Sequence record: SRR20825010_2279 | DNA: 64,000 bases | Reading direction: 5' to 3' (one strand) | Shown here: positions 40,129-50,236 of the stretch, piece after piece | Position numbering within the stretch: position 1 is the first letter of the stretch | How the letters are laid out: the number at the start of each line of letters is the position of its first letter | The notes under the pieces: generated by a model | Database searches by the model: none | What the model was told of the DNA's origin: nothing | Seen by the model: the letters and a program-made list of their open reading frames with translations, nothing else | Program-made: the position numbers and the translations under genes

Positions 40129-42859
40129 ATTCATTTATATTTATGGGCAGTTTTAGACTGAAGGTGCTTCCTTTCCCCAATTTACTTTTAAACCCTACAG
40201 TTCCGCTTAGAAGCCCCGTATACTGTTTTACTATATTAAGACCAAGTCCGGTCCCTTGGAAATTGGTGGCATTTTCCGCACGGTAAAATCGCTCGAACAA
40301 CTTTTTCTGATTTGCCTTAGGGATGCCGATTCCTTGATCCTTAACATGGATAAATAGCTCTTTATCATTAGCATCAACTTCCAATCCAATAATTTGTCCT
40401 TCCATGGAATACTTAATGGCATTAGAAAGTAGATTAATAATAATATGGTTCAACAATTTGGGGTCAAGACAAACCGATATAGAAGGTTGGGAATACTTTA
40501 AAACAATGTCCTGACCCTCTTTTTTGTTTGGTTCCATCTCATCTACCAACATTTTTAAGAATTGTATCAACTCAAAAAACTGTGGTTTCACAGATACCTT
40601 GCCCTCTTCCAACTTGCTCAAGGATAGAAAATCGTTAAGAATAACAACAAGATCCCTCACATTGGTCCTAATCCTGGAGACATGCTTCATCCTCCTATCC
40701 TCCTTACCTGGCTCATTCTGTTTTCCTATAAGTATAGCCGAAGAAAGAATAGCACTCAAAGGTGTGCGGAATTCATGGGAGGCTATCGTAATAAAACGGG
40801 ATTTTAACTCATTTAGTTCCTTTTCCACCATTATTGTCCTTTCAAGTTTATGCTGTACCTCTTTCTGCTCGGTAACATTGTTATAAACGAACAAGGCCCA
40901 CATTATTTTCTTTTCATCAGAATAGAGCGGTGTAGAATTAACAGCATAGCATTGGTCGTGAAAATCTACTTCAAATGAAATATTGCCCCCCCTTAGAGTT
41001 TTTCGAATATCCGATTTTATTTTTTTGATCTGTATTTTTGAAAAAACAGGGATGTCATCTATTGGAATTCCTTCAAAATCCGACTTTTTAATGTTGATTC
41101 GGTCCATTTCCTCCCCTTCCACATAAACCAATTCATAATCGGAATTAAATACCATGATGACCCCATTGGGAAAATTATGTGCAATAGCAGTAAACAAGGC
41201 CCTACTGAGATTTGCCTTCCTTTGAGCTCTTTGGGTCTCGATCATTTGATCTTCCAGATTTAAATTGGTCGATACCAGTTTTTCTACCGTAGTTCGAACT
41301 TCCCTAGTCCGTTCTTCAACTTTGTCTTCCAATACATGGGCATATTCCTCCAGTTTTCTCTTGGCATCCTGAATTTCGGTAACATCGTTGAGAACCCCAA
41401 TGAAATGCGTCAGTTTCTGATCTTGATCATATAGGGGCGTAATAAACAAATCGTTCCAAAAAAGAATGCCGTCCTTACTGTAATTCCGAATCAATACTCG
41501 GCAGGAACTACCGTGGTCAATGGCTTTGGACATAAAGGCAATTTCGGGCTGGTTACGATCGCCGTTCTGCAAGAATCTGCAATTTCTCCCCAGAACTTCA
41601 TCGGCCCCATATCCGGTAATTTGGGTAAAGGCCTTATTAGAATATATAATGGGAAGATCGGGATGCTGGGCATCCACAATAATAATACCGTTGCCTACGG
41701 CTTCCAAGGCCCTGTTTCTAATTTTTAAGGTTTCTTGGGTCAACTTGTTTTCCGTAATATCCAGTCCAGAACTTACGACAGCTATAATTTCATTGTTTCC
41801 ATTCCTCAAGGCAGCATTGCTCCATTGAATTAGGTGCTCTTGCCCTCCTTTGGCAACAATAGGGTTTTCATGAAAGTTGGGCAGATCTAATTTATCTTCA
41901 AAAATAGATTCAAAAAGTTGGATCAATTGGTTTTGCTTCCTTTTAGGTATAAATTCCTTAAACCAGTTTTTATTCAAAATAGCATCTTGTTCAATTCCCA
42001 ATATTTCACTGGTCCTTTTATTGACAAGTTGAACGGTATGGTCCTTATTGATCACTAAAAACATGGAAGGCGAAGTGTCCATATATTGGCGGAGCAATTT
42101 TTTTTCCATCACCAGGGCGTGTTCTGCAGTCTTCAACTCTGTATAATCCTGCATAAAGCCTTCCCGTCTATAAGGAATATCATTTTCATCCATAATACAG
42201 GAACCGTGCTCCCATATCCATTTTATTTCCTTTTTTGAGGTAATTATCCTATACCGAAGCTGGTACGATCCTTTTTCCATTACGGCCCTGTCAAGTTCAG
42301 ACTCAACCTGTGGCAAATCCTCTGGGTGAATTAAATTTCCCCAATTAAGTTTAGAGTTACCATAAAACTGATCAGGGGCATATCCACTAATAGTTCTGGA
42401 AGCCTCGCTAATGAATTCCATAGACCATGGCTTGGCAATACTACAACTGTATACAATTCCGGCAACATTGGTGACCAAAGTTCTGAACTTCCTGTCGCTT
42501 TCAAACACCGGGTTATCCGCTCGCTTGCAGTAGATCACTTTTAGGCTTTGGCCTTTTAGTACGGTTGGTACGATCCTAATATCGATAGGAAATTTAACCC
42601 CAGTCTTTTCCCGACCATAAAACTGATTGGGCCCTACTACAATCTCATTCATTTCCGCAGCAAGAGCATTGATCTTCCAGTCAGGAATAATCAAATGGAT
42701 ATCCTGCTGTAGCAACTCACCCTCAACATAACCGAACATTTGTTCTGCCGACTTGTTGGCGGTGAGAATAAATCCATTTTGGTCTACCACAATAAGTCCG
42801 GCTAAGGAAGATTCAAAAATGGATTGAAAAAGATCGCTATTTGTTATTTTTTCATTCAT
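40106..42859 (-). CDS. Multi-PAS sensor histidine kinase containing a LOV domain
   Basis: Several PAS repeats; GRNCRFLQ at 41590-41567; ASHEFRTPL H-box; NLLSNAIKY, DQGIGIP, GTGLGL; start 42859 preferred to TTG at 42964. Confidence 0.92.
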   Translation of the reverse strand: MNEKITNSDLFQSIFESSLAGLIVVDQNGFILTANKSAEQMFGYVEGELLQQDIHLIIPDWKINALAAEMNEIVVGPNQFYGREKTGVKFPIDIRIVPTVLKGQSLKVIYCKRADNPVFESDRKFRTLVTNVAGIVYSCSIAKPWSMEFISEASRTISGYAPDQFYGNSKLNWGNLIHPEDLPQVESELDRAVMEKGSYQLRYRIITSKKEIKWIWEHGSCIMDENDIPYRREGFMQDYTELKTAEHALVMEKKLLRQYMDTSPSMFLVINKDHTVQLVNKRTSEILGIEQDAILNKNWFKEFIPKRKQNQLIQLFESIFEDKLDLPNFHENPIVAKGGQEHLIQWSNAALRNGNNEIIAVVSSGLDITENKLTQETLKIRNRALEAVGNGIIIVDAQHPDLPIIYSNKAFTQITGYGADEVLGRNCRFLQNGDRNQPEIAFMSKAIDHGSSCRVLIRNYSKDGILFWNDLFITPLYDQDQKLTHFIGVLNDVTEIQDAKRKLEEYAHVLEDKVEERTREVRTTVEKLVSTNLNLEDQMIETQRAQRKANLSRALFTAIAHNFPNGVIMVFNSDYELVYVEGEEMDRINIKKSDFEGIPIDDIPVFSKIQIKKIKSDIRKTLRGGNISFEVDFHDQCYAVNSTPLYSDEKKIMWALFVYNNVTEQKEVQHKLERTIMVEKELNELKSRFITIASHEFRTPLSAILSSAILIGKQNEPGKEDRRMKHVSRIRTNVRDLVVILNDFLSLSKLEEGKVSVKPQFFELIQFLKMLVDEMEPNKKEGQDIVLKYSQPSISVCLDPKLLNHIIINLLSNAIKYSMEGQIIGLEVDANDKELFIHVKDQGIGIPKANQKKLFERFYRAENATNFQGTGLGLNIVKQYTGLLSGTVGFKSKLGKGSTFSLKLPININEYEKNSIN

Positions 42860-43015
42860 TGCCCTTTTACTGATTTTCACTTTATGGTCTTGGCCGCACC
42901 AACAAGGACGGACCGCTAAGGAGTTTTGTTGAATACACACTATCCATGGAGGCCTGTATTCCAATAATTTAGTACTCAGTTACACAAATGTATTGTTCAC
43001 TATAGCCGAAAGAAA

Positions 43016-43027
43016 TGATATCCGTCA
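43016..43027. promoter_or_regulatory. Palindrome TGAT-ATCC-GTCA for the LOV kinase operon
   Basis: Minus TACATTTG at 42992-42985, 23 bp away. Confidence 0.85.
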
Positions 43028-43053
43028 TAAGCTGTATCTGGATCCTAAAAACC

Positions 43054-43065
43054 TGATAACGGTCA
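43054..43065. promoter_or_regulatory. Palindrome TGAT-AACG-GTCA for the patatin gene
   Basis: TAATTTTG at 43089, 23-bp spacer. Confidence 0.85.
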
Positions 43066-43120
43066 TATGTGCATTTCTTTATATGGAATAATTTTGATTC
43101 AAATTCTAAATAAAGGGATT

Positions 43121-43960
43121 ATGACAACAGGCTTGGTCCTTTCTGGCGGTGGTATAAGGGGTGTTGCCCATATAGGGGCCATAAAGGCATTGGAGGAATA
43201 CGGTATTTATCCTACCCATATTGCTGGCACCAGCGCAGGGGCCATTGTTGGAGCCTTGTACGCTGCCGGCTGTAATTGGGAAGAAATGTTGGATTTTTTT
43301 AAGTCCACAGAAATCTTCAGTCTTACCAATTATGCTATGGGAAAACCTGGCTTTTTGGATACAGAAAAATTCCATGATCAATTAAAGGCCTACATATCCC
43401 ATGATACTTTCGAATCTTTGGGGAAGCAACTTTATGTAACGGCTACCAACCTACTTGATGGCACTTTGAATGTTTTTAGTGAAGGTGAACTAATAAAACC
43501 CGTATTAGCTTCGGCAGCTGTTCCTGGACTATTTGCCCCTGTAGAGATTAATAAAGGATATTACGTAGACGGCGGCACTTTGAATAATTTTCCTGTGGAC
43601 CTTATAAAAAAGTATTGCGATCAGATTGTGGGGGTCTATGTAAATCCGTTCAACCATGTGAGTATCAAGGAACTAAACCATGTGAACAAGGTTTTGGAAA
43701 GGGCCTATCATGTTATGGTGGCCAATGAAACCACCAAGAAATTTAAAGACTGTGATATATTGATACGTCCGGCCAACATGGATCGTTTTGGTATGTTTAC
43801 CCTAAAAAATTTAGATATTATTCTAGATTTGGGTTATAATGCAACTATGAACGCACTGAAGAACAGTGACCTTGCCTCAGAATTGCTATCAGCAGCAGAA
43901 TTGGAAGCTATGAATGGTTTTTCCATGGATACTTCCATTATTGGCAATCCACAGGATTAA
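43121..43960 (+). CDS. Patatin-like phospholipase
   Basis: LSGGGIRG, GTSAG, DGG; start moved to 43121. Confidence 0.92.
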   Translation: MTTGLVLSGGGIRGVAHIGAIKALEEYGIYPTHIAGTSAGAIVGALYAAGCNWEEMLDFFKSTEIFSLTNYAMGKPGFLDTEKFHDQLKAYISHDTFESLGKQLYVTATNLLDGTLNVFSEGELIKPVLASAAVPGLFAPVEINKGYYVDGGTLNNFPVDLIKKYCDQIVGVYVNPFNHVSIKELNHVNKVLERAYHVMVANETTKKFKDCDILIRPANMDRFGMFTLKNLDIILDLGYNATMNALKNSDLASELLSAAELEAMNGFSMDTSIIGNPQD

Positions 43961-44229
43961 ACTTTCTTGAATATCTTTTAATACCTTTAATTTTGAATTT
44001 TAGATATTGGATATTTACCCAGAGGAACGCTTAATTAAGGAATTTTAAATTCTTACCCCAGCTTATTACAACAACCGACTAGTGTATTTAACCTGTTATA
44101 ATTAATTTTCCAAGTGCTATCCAAATGGCAAAAGAAATTATCATTTTCCTTTAAACACACATCCTATATAAAATGCCCTGGGCCCGTACTGACCAATCTT
44201 GCGTCCATTAAAACCTTAATCCAAAGGAT

Positions 44230-46905
44230 TTAAGGGATAACACTATTGGGGTAAGCACGAAAATATAACACCCTTGCCCTTTTGAACAATTGTGCCAAGA
44301 CCAGTGCCCCAAATGCAAATAGGGCAGAATATCCCAATTGTTCCCAAGAAAGCATCTGCAACGAAAATGCCGCTGCCAAGGGAGTGCTTAGGTTGGCACC
44401 TAAAGTCAAGGCCAAAGACAGAATAATTGCTCCCCAAACCCATAAATTAGTTGTTATTTCATTTATGAAAAAGGATTCCCTTTGCTTTGGTATATTAAAT
44501 ACGTTGAGCAATTGGGCAAATACCAAGGTATAAAAAGCCATATTATTAATAGTTTCAGGGGAAAATTTCAGAATCTTATCCGCATAGGCAACAATGCCAA
44601 GAACAGCAATACTGATGGACAGCCCGTAGAGTACAATAAAATTCCAATCACTTTGTGACAATATAGGGTCCTTTGGTTTTTTGGGCGGTTGTTCCATGAT
44701 ATCCTTTTCCCCCTTTCCAAAACCCAAGGCCAATGCAGGAAAAACATCGGTCACCAAATTCAGGAACAGTATTTGTAAAGGCAACAGAGGTGATGGCAAA
44801 TTTAATAAAGCGGCAAAGCCTACCGTAAGTATTTCTGCCAAATTGCAGGATAATAAGTAAACGACAAATTGGCGAATATTCTGAAATATTACCCTCCCTT
44901 GCCTTATCCCCAATTCCATGGCCGTAAACTTATCATTTTTCAAAATCACGTCTGCCACTTCACGGGCTGCCTCCGCACCCCTAATGCCCATAGCTATACC
45001 TATGTCGGCCTTTTTTAAAGCCGGGACATCATTGATTCCATCTCCGATCATTCCAACAATATGGCCATGTTCTTGATAATAGTTTATCAAATTCAACTTT
45101 TGTTCCGGACCAACCCGAGCAAAAATAGAGGCATTCAACAAGACACTACCATTACCGTCGGTCCCATCCAAGCTCCTTGTAAGGTCCTTGCCATGCCAAA
45201 TTCTGTCTGGGCCTGCATTAATTTCCAAGATCCCAACTTCCTGAGCTATTTTTTTTGATGTGCCGGGATGATCACCGGTAACCATAATCACTTTAATACC
45301 CGCCTTCTTGTAAATATCAATCACCGCTTTCACATCTTCTCTGGCTGGATCCTGAAATCCTATGACCCCCAAAAAAGTAAGTCCGTCTAGAATATTTTCT
45401 CTTGCAGGGGCCTTCTCTTCTTCCTTATATGCGAAAGCCAGGGTGCGCAAACCTTGGGAGGCAAGAGTATCTACTTTTTGCTTCCATAAAAGTTTGTGTT
45501 CATTAAGGTCCAATTCTTTCCCATCCAAATCAAAATTGCAATGGTCTAATAAACTTTCATATGCCCCTTTCGCATAGATGGTAAAGCCTCCTTGTCTTTG
45601 ATGGGCCGTTGCCATTAACTTTAGTGTAGAATCAAATGGCAATTCCACTTTTTCCGGATTATTTCGTTTTACAAGCTCGGGATCATAACCCAAATTAATG
45701 GCAAAGTGCATCAAGGCCAATTCTATGGAATCGGCCTGTTCATCAATAGCTGTAGGGTCCACATTGTTACATAGGATCCCAGCCATGATCATTTTATCAA
45801 ATACAAGGTTGTTCTTAAAGGTGGAAAAATAGGATTGTTCCCTTTGATTGAGATTATCCAGGCATGTTTCTCCATAAATTATTGTAGATACCACCATCCG
45901 ATCTTCGGTCAAGGTACCTGTCTTATCCGTGAAGATGATATCTGTAGCCCCTAGAGTTTGTACAGCCTCCATTTTTTTAATGATGACCTGTTTTTGGGAC
46001 AACCTCATCATTCCCCTTTCAAGGGCAATAGTGGCTACTATTGGCAAACCCTCGGGAATAGCCGCAACCGCCAAAGCCACTCCCGTTTCTATCATCAGCA
46101 AAAGATCATTGCCCCTAAAATAGCCAATGACCACAATTAATCCTGCAATACCGAGCGTTAACCAAATGAGCCATTTGCTCAATTGGTTTAATTTCTTCTC
46201 CAAAGGGGTGCGGTCCTTGTCCGCATCCAAACCCATTTGTTGAATAGTCCCCAATTGTGAATACTTTCCTGTTGCCGTAACAATGGCTCTCCCAAAGCCC
46301 GAGCTGATCACTGTGCCCCTATAAACCATATTGGTACGATCCGTAACTGGAGTATCCTCCGGCAATGGTTCTATTCCTTTGCGAATCGAGAGACTCTCTC
46401 CTGTCAATACCGATTCTTTTACCGAAAGATTATCTACTTGTGTAAGGCGGGCATCGGCAGGAACGACATCACCCGGGCTCAAAACAATGACATCACCAGG
46501 TACCACATCCGCGGCTTTGATATCCATTCTTTGTCCAGACCTTATTACATCTGTGCTTGCCTGCCCCATTTTTATCAAGGCCTCCAAAGATCTAACCGCT
46601 TTAAGTTCCATAAAATATCCTATGGCCACAGAGATAAATATGACAAATAAAATGGCGGCACTCTCTAGCTCATCACTGAAAACGTAGGCAAGAATTCCTG
46701 CCGCAAAAAGGATATAAATTATGGGATCCAAGAGTTGTTCCAGAAAAATTGCCCATCTTTTCTTTGGATCTTGTGCCGGTATCCGATTTGGACCATATTT
46801 CTGCAAGCGTTCCGGAATGCACTCTTTATCCAAACCGCGTTCCAAATCACTGCCTGTGCAGGCAATTATTTCCTGCAGGGAGTAAAAAAAAGCATTTTGC
46901 AGCAT
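44230..46905 (-). CDS. Cation-translocating P-type ATPase (P2A/Ca2+-type, CtpF-like)
   Basis: LTGES, PEGLP, DKTGTLT, TGDH, GDGINDVPALKKADIG, QILFLNLVTD. Confidence 0.92.
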   Translation of the reverse strand: MLQNAFFYSLQEIIACTGSDLERGLDKECIPERLQKYGPNRIPAQDPKKRWAIFLEQLLDPIIYILFAAGILAYVFSDELESAAILFVIFISVAIGYFMELKAVRSLEALIKMGQASTDVIRSGQRMDIKAADVVPGDVIVLSPGDVVPADARLTQVDNLSVKESVLTGESLSIRKGIEPLPEDTPVTDRTNMVYRGTVISSGFGRAIVTATGKYSQLGTIQQMGLDADKDRTPLEKKLNQLSKWLIWLTLGIAGLIVVIGYFRGNDLLLMIETGVALAVAAIPEGLPIVATIALERGMMRLSQKQVIIKKMEAVQTLGATDIIFTDKTGTLTEDRMVVSTIIYGETCLDNLNQREQSYFSTFKNNLVFDKMIMAGILCNNVDPTAIDEQADSIELALMHFAINLGYDPELVKRNNPEKVELPFDSTLKLMATAHQRQGGFTIYAKGAYESLLDHCNFDLDGKELDLNEHKLLWKQKVDTLASQGLRTLAFAYKEEEKAPARENILDGLTFLGVIGFQDPAREDVKAVIDIYKKAGIKVIMVTGDHPGTSKKIAQEVGILEINAGPDRIWHGKDLTRSLDGTDGNGSVLLNASIFARVGPEQKLNLINYYQEHGHIVGMIGDGINDVPALKKADIGIAMGIRGAEAAREVADVILKNDKFTAMELGIRQGRVIFQNIRQFVVYLLSCNLAEILTVGFAALLNLPSPLLPLQILFLNLVTDVFPALALGFGKGEKDIMEQPPKKPKDPILSQSDWNFIVLYGLSISIAVLGIVAYADKILKFSPETINNMAFYTLVFAQLLNVFNIPKQRESFFINEITTNLWVWGAIILSLALTLGANLSTPLAAAFSLQMLSWEQLGYSALFAFGALVLAQLFKRARVLYFRAYPNSVIP

Positions 46906-46920
46906 ATGGGTTTAATTTAC

Positions 46921-46985
46921 AAAAAATATGCCTTCCCGTCTTAACCACCCACACGGACATATTTTGGGCTTTGACGGGAAGGCAT
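46921..46985 (-). terminator. Long stem-loop with T tract between hsp20 and the P-type ATPase
   Basis: ATGCCTTCCCGTC (46928-46940) / GACGGGAAGGCAT (46973-46985) 13-bp arms; ATTTTTT follows on the minus strand. Confidence 0.75.
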
Positions 46986-47012
46986 TGCTACTAACAAATA
47001 ACCAACCAATAA

Positions 47013-47477
47013 TTATCCGATTTGTACTTTTTTTGGAGGTGCTTTTTTAGCCTCCTCTTTCTTAGCTAGATTAAAGCTAAGGATACCGTCCTTGTAGGCG
47101 GCCTTAATTTCTTCCTGTTTAACATTCTCCGGTAGTTGCAACGATCGCTCAAAGGAATTATAGCTAAATTCCCTACGTGTGAATTTGTCCTCCTTTTCCT
47201 CTTTGGATTGCGACTTCTCAGCAGCAATATTTAAGCATCCATCATCAATGGTTACCTCAAAGTCCTTTTTTTGAAAACCTGGAGCAGCAAGCTCTATCTC
47301 AAAATGGTCACCGGTTTCCTTAATGTTCAAGGCTGGCTCCGACCTTTTCCCATTCCAGAAACTGTCAGGTAGCATATCCCTTACCCAAGCGCGATTATCG
47401 AAAAAATCGTCCATATCAAAAAAATCTTGGGTCAAAAGGTTTCTAAATGGTCTTCTTTTAAATTTTACAAGTGTCAT
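47013..47477 (-). CDS. Hsp20/alpha-crystallin small heat-shock protein
   Basis: PALNIKE...LAAPG...RREFSYNSFERSLQLP...AAYKDGIL. Confidence 0.93.
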   Translation of the reverse strand: MTLVKFKRRPFRNLLTQDFFDMDDFFDNRAWVRDMLPDSFWNGKRSEPALNIKETGDHFEIELAAPGFQKKDFEVTIDDGCLNIAAEKSQSKEEKEDKFTRREFSYNSFERSLQLPENVKQEEIKAAYKDGILSFNLAKKEEAKKAPPKKVQIG

Positions 47478-47546
47478 AATATTGTATTTTTAAGGGTTAT
47501 ATATTTATTATACTTTAAAAGTACTTCCAACCAGCTTGGCACAAAA

Positions 47547-47558
47547 TGATTTAGGTCA
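47547..47558. promoter_or_regulatory. Palindrome TGAT-TTAG-GTCA serving hsp20 and the divergent ATPase
   Basis: Minus TACTTTTA at 47523-47516 and plus TATTTTTA at 47582, both 23 bp away. Confidence 0.8.
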
Positions 47559-47697
47559 GTCACACAAAATTTCTTTACATTTATTTTTACCGTATCAAAT
47601 CACTGTAACAAAACTGCGCTAACCATATCCGAATTTGAATGAATGCGAAAGTTGGATTGTAATGTCTTGTTATACACATTTTAGTTAATTTAGACAT

Positions 47698-50208
47698 ATG
47701 ATCAATCCAATCGATTTTGGCATTAAAGGGCTGTCCGATGAAGCCGTAAAACATTCTAGAAAAAAACATGGTGAAAATAGCCTAAGCTATAAAAGGGACA
47801 ATAGCTTTTTGGACGCTTTAAAAAGTATTGCCCAGGAGCCGATGGTCATCCTATTGATGGTGGCCTCTTCAATCTATTTTATATCAGGAAATAATGGTGA
47901 TGGAATATTTATGGTCGCTGCCATTATCCTTGTAGCCTCAATATCCCTTTATCAGGATTCCAAAAGTAGGATGGCCTTGGAAAAATTAAAAAGTCTTACC
48001 CAACCCAATAGCCAGGTCATTAGGAACGGAGAAGTCGTAGAAATACCCAGTGAGGAGTTGGTAGTTGGTGACAGTCTGATGGTTGAGGAAGGCAACACCA
48101 TTCCTGCCGATGGGACCATTGTTCATTCCAACGATTTTTCCGTAAACGAATCCATACTTACGGGAGAATCCCTTTCCGTTTTTAAGGATGCATCAAAATT
48201 GGACAATAAGATATTTGGTGGCACTACAGTAGCCAGTGGCCTGGCGATTGCCACCATAACAGAAATTGGCAACAGCACCCAGTTGGGTAAAATTGGAAAA
48301 AGTCTTGAAGGTATCCAAGAGGAAAAGACCCCCCTGGAAAAACAGATTTCCAATTTCGTAAAACATATGTCCATTTGGGGCGGGATCATTTTTCTATTGG
48401 TCTGGGGAATCAATTACCTTCAATCACGGGAGGTATTGGAGAGTTTGCTAAAAGCCTTAACCTTGGCCATGAGTGTTCTGCCAGAAGAAATACCAGTGGC
48501 CTTTACCACTTTTATGGCCTTAGGTGCCTATAGGTTGATGAAAATGGGCATTGTTGTAAAACAAATGAAAACCGTAGAATCCCTAGGAAGTGCTACCGTA
48601 ATCTGTGCGGACAAAACGGGCACCATAACCCAGAACAAGATGGAACTTGCCAAGCTCTTTACCTTGGATACGGGAGAGGTAGTTTCTGTAGATGCCCCAA
48701 TGAATGATTCTCAAAAAGAATTGGTCACCATAGCGATGTGGGCCAGCGAACCAATACCTTTCGATCCTATGGAAAAGGCTTTGCATGAGGCCTATGGCAG
48801 AATTGCCTCTATAGACCAGCGGCCCCATTATAAAATGATACATGAGTATCCGCTAAGCGGAAAACCGCCTATGATGACCCATTTGTTCGAAAATAGTGAA
48901 GGTAACCGTATCATTGCAGCTAAAGGGGCTCCGGAAGCCCTTTTGGCAGCTTCCACGCTAACAGATGCCCAAAAAGAACAGATAAAGGATGTTTTAACCA
49001 GTTTGGGCCAAGAAGGATACCGAATGTTGGGTGTGGGACAGGCCATTTTTAAAGGGTCCTGCTTTCCGGAAAAACAACAGGATTTTCAATTTGATGTCAA
49101 GGGATTAGTGGCTTTTTATGACCCTCCAAAAGATAACATTCGCGAGGTGCTTAAAGATTTTGAAAAGGCCGGAATACAGGTAAAATTGGTTACAGGAGAT
49201 AATCCCGCCACTTCCATGGCCATTGCCAAACAAATTGAATTTCCTGGCTATGAAAAAAGCATGACCGGGGAGGAATTAATGCAATTAGGGGATGCAGAAT
49301 TACAACAAAAGGTAATTTCCACCCAGGTCTTTACACGTATGTTTCCTGAAGCCAAACTAAGAATTGTAAACGCCATTAAGGCTAATAACGAAGTAGTGGC
49401 CATGACAGGTGACGGGGTCAACGACGGACCTGCGCTCAAGGCATCGCATATCGGTATTGCCATGGGAAAAAAAGGAACTGAGATTGCCAAGCAGGCCGCC
49501 TCCTTGATCTTGGTAGACGATGACCTTTCCAAAATGGTAGATGCCATTGCGATGGGCAGAAAGATTTATGGCAATTTAAAAAAGGCTATCCAGTATATCA
49601 TATCCATTCATATCCCCATCATATTAACGGTATTTATCCCCTTGGCATTGGGCTGGGCCTATCCCGCCATATTTTCACCCTCCCATGTTATATTGTTGGA
49701 ATTGATCATGGGCCCCACCTGCTCCATTATTTATGAGAACGAGCCGATGGAGAAAAATACGATGATCCAAAAACCAAGGCCATTTACAACAACTTTTTTT
49801 AAGTTCAAGGAATTGGTAACCAGTATCATTCAGGGGCTGGTAATCACCCTGGGATCTTTATCGGTATACCAATACGCAGTTTTTGAAGGATATAACGAAT
49901 CCGTAACAAGAACTATGGTGTTTATGGTCTTGATATCTTCCAATATTTTTCTGACCCTGGTAAACCGCTCTTTTTATTATTCCATTTGGACCACTTTAAA
50001 ATATAAAAACAACTTGGTGCCATTGATTATAGGGATTACTTTGATCCTCTCTGCACTGTTGCTCTTTGTGCCCCCATTGACAAGATTTTTTCAATTTGAA
50101 ACCTTGAACACAAATCAGCTGGGTATTGCTGTTCTTGCCGGTATGATTTCCGTACTCTGGTATGAAATTGTGAAAGGGATAAAACGGGCCAAGGGGAAAT
50201 TTAAATAA
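47698..50208 (+). CDS. Cation-translocating P-type ATPase
   Basis: LTGES, PEEIP, DKTGTIT, TGDN, GDGVNDGPALK. Confidence 0.92.
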   Translation: MINPIDFGIKGLSDEAVKHSRKKHGENSLSYKRDNSFLDALKSIAQEPMVILLMVASSIYFISGNNGDGIFMVAAIILVASISLYQDSKSRMALEKLKSLTQPNSQVIRNGEVVEIPSEELVVGDSLMVEEGNTIPADGTIVHSNDFSVNESILTGESLSVFKDASKLDNKIFGGTTVASGLAIATITEIGNSTQLGKIGKSLEGIQEEKTPLEKQISNFVKHMSIWGGIIFLLVWGINYLQSREVLESLLKALTLAMSVLPEEIPVAFTTFMALGAYRLMKMGIVVKQMKTVESLGSATVICADKTGTITQNKMELAKLFTLDTGEVVSVDAPMNDSQKELVTIAMWASEPIPFDPMEKALHEAYGRIASIDQRPHYKMIHEYPLSGKPPMMTHLFENSEGNRIIAAKGAPEALLAASTLTDAQKEQIKDVLTSLGQEGYRMLGVGQAIFKGSCFPEKQQDFQFDVKGLVAFYDPPKDNIREVLKDFEKAGIQVKLVTGDNPATSMAIAKQIEFPGYEKSMTGEELMQLGDAELQQKVISTQVFTRMFPEAKLRIVNAIKANNEVVAMTGDGVNDGPALKASHIGIAMGKKGTEIAKQAASLILVDDDLSKMVDAIAMGRKIYGNLKKAIQYIISIHIPIILTVFIPLALGWAYPAIFSPSHVILLELIMGPTCSIIYENEPMEKNTMIQKPRPFTTTFFKFKELVTSIIQGLVITLGSLSVYQYAVFEGYNESVTRTMVFMVLISSNIFLTLVNRSFYYSIWTTLKYKNNLVPLIIGITLILSALLLFVPPLTRFFQFETLNTNQLGIAVLAGMISVLWYEIVKGIKRAKGKFK

Positions 50209-50236
50209 TACTAGGGATTTACAGCTAGTAAAATAG

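Noticed and set aside
44180-44191. TGACCAAT half-site
   Set aside because: No RTCA arm; located between convergent genes.
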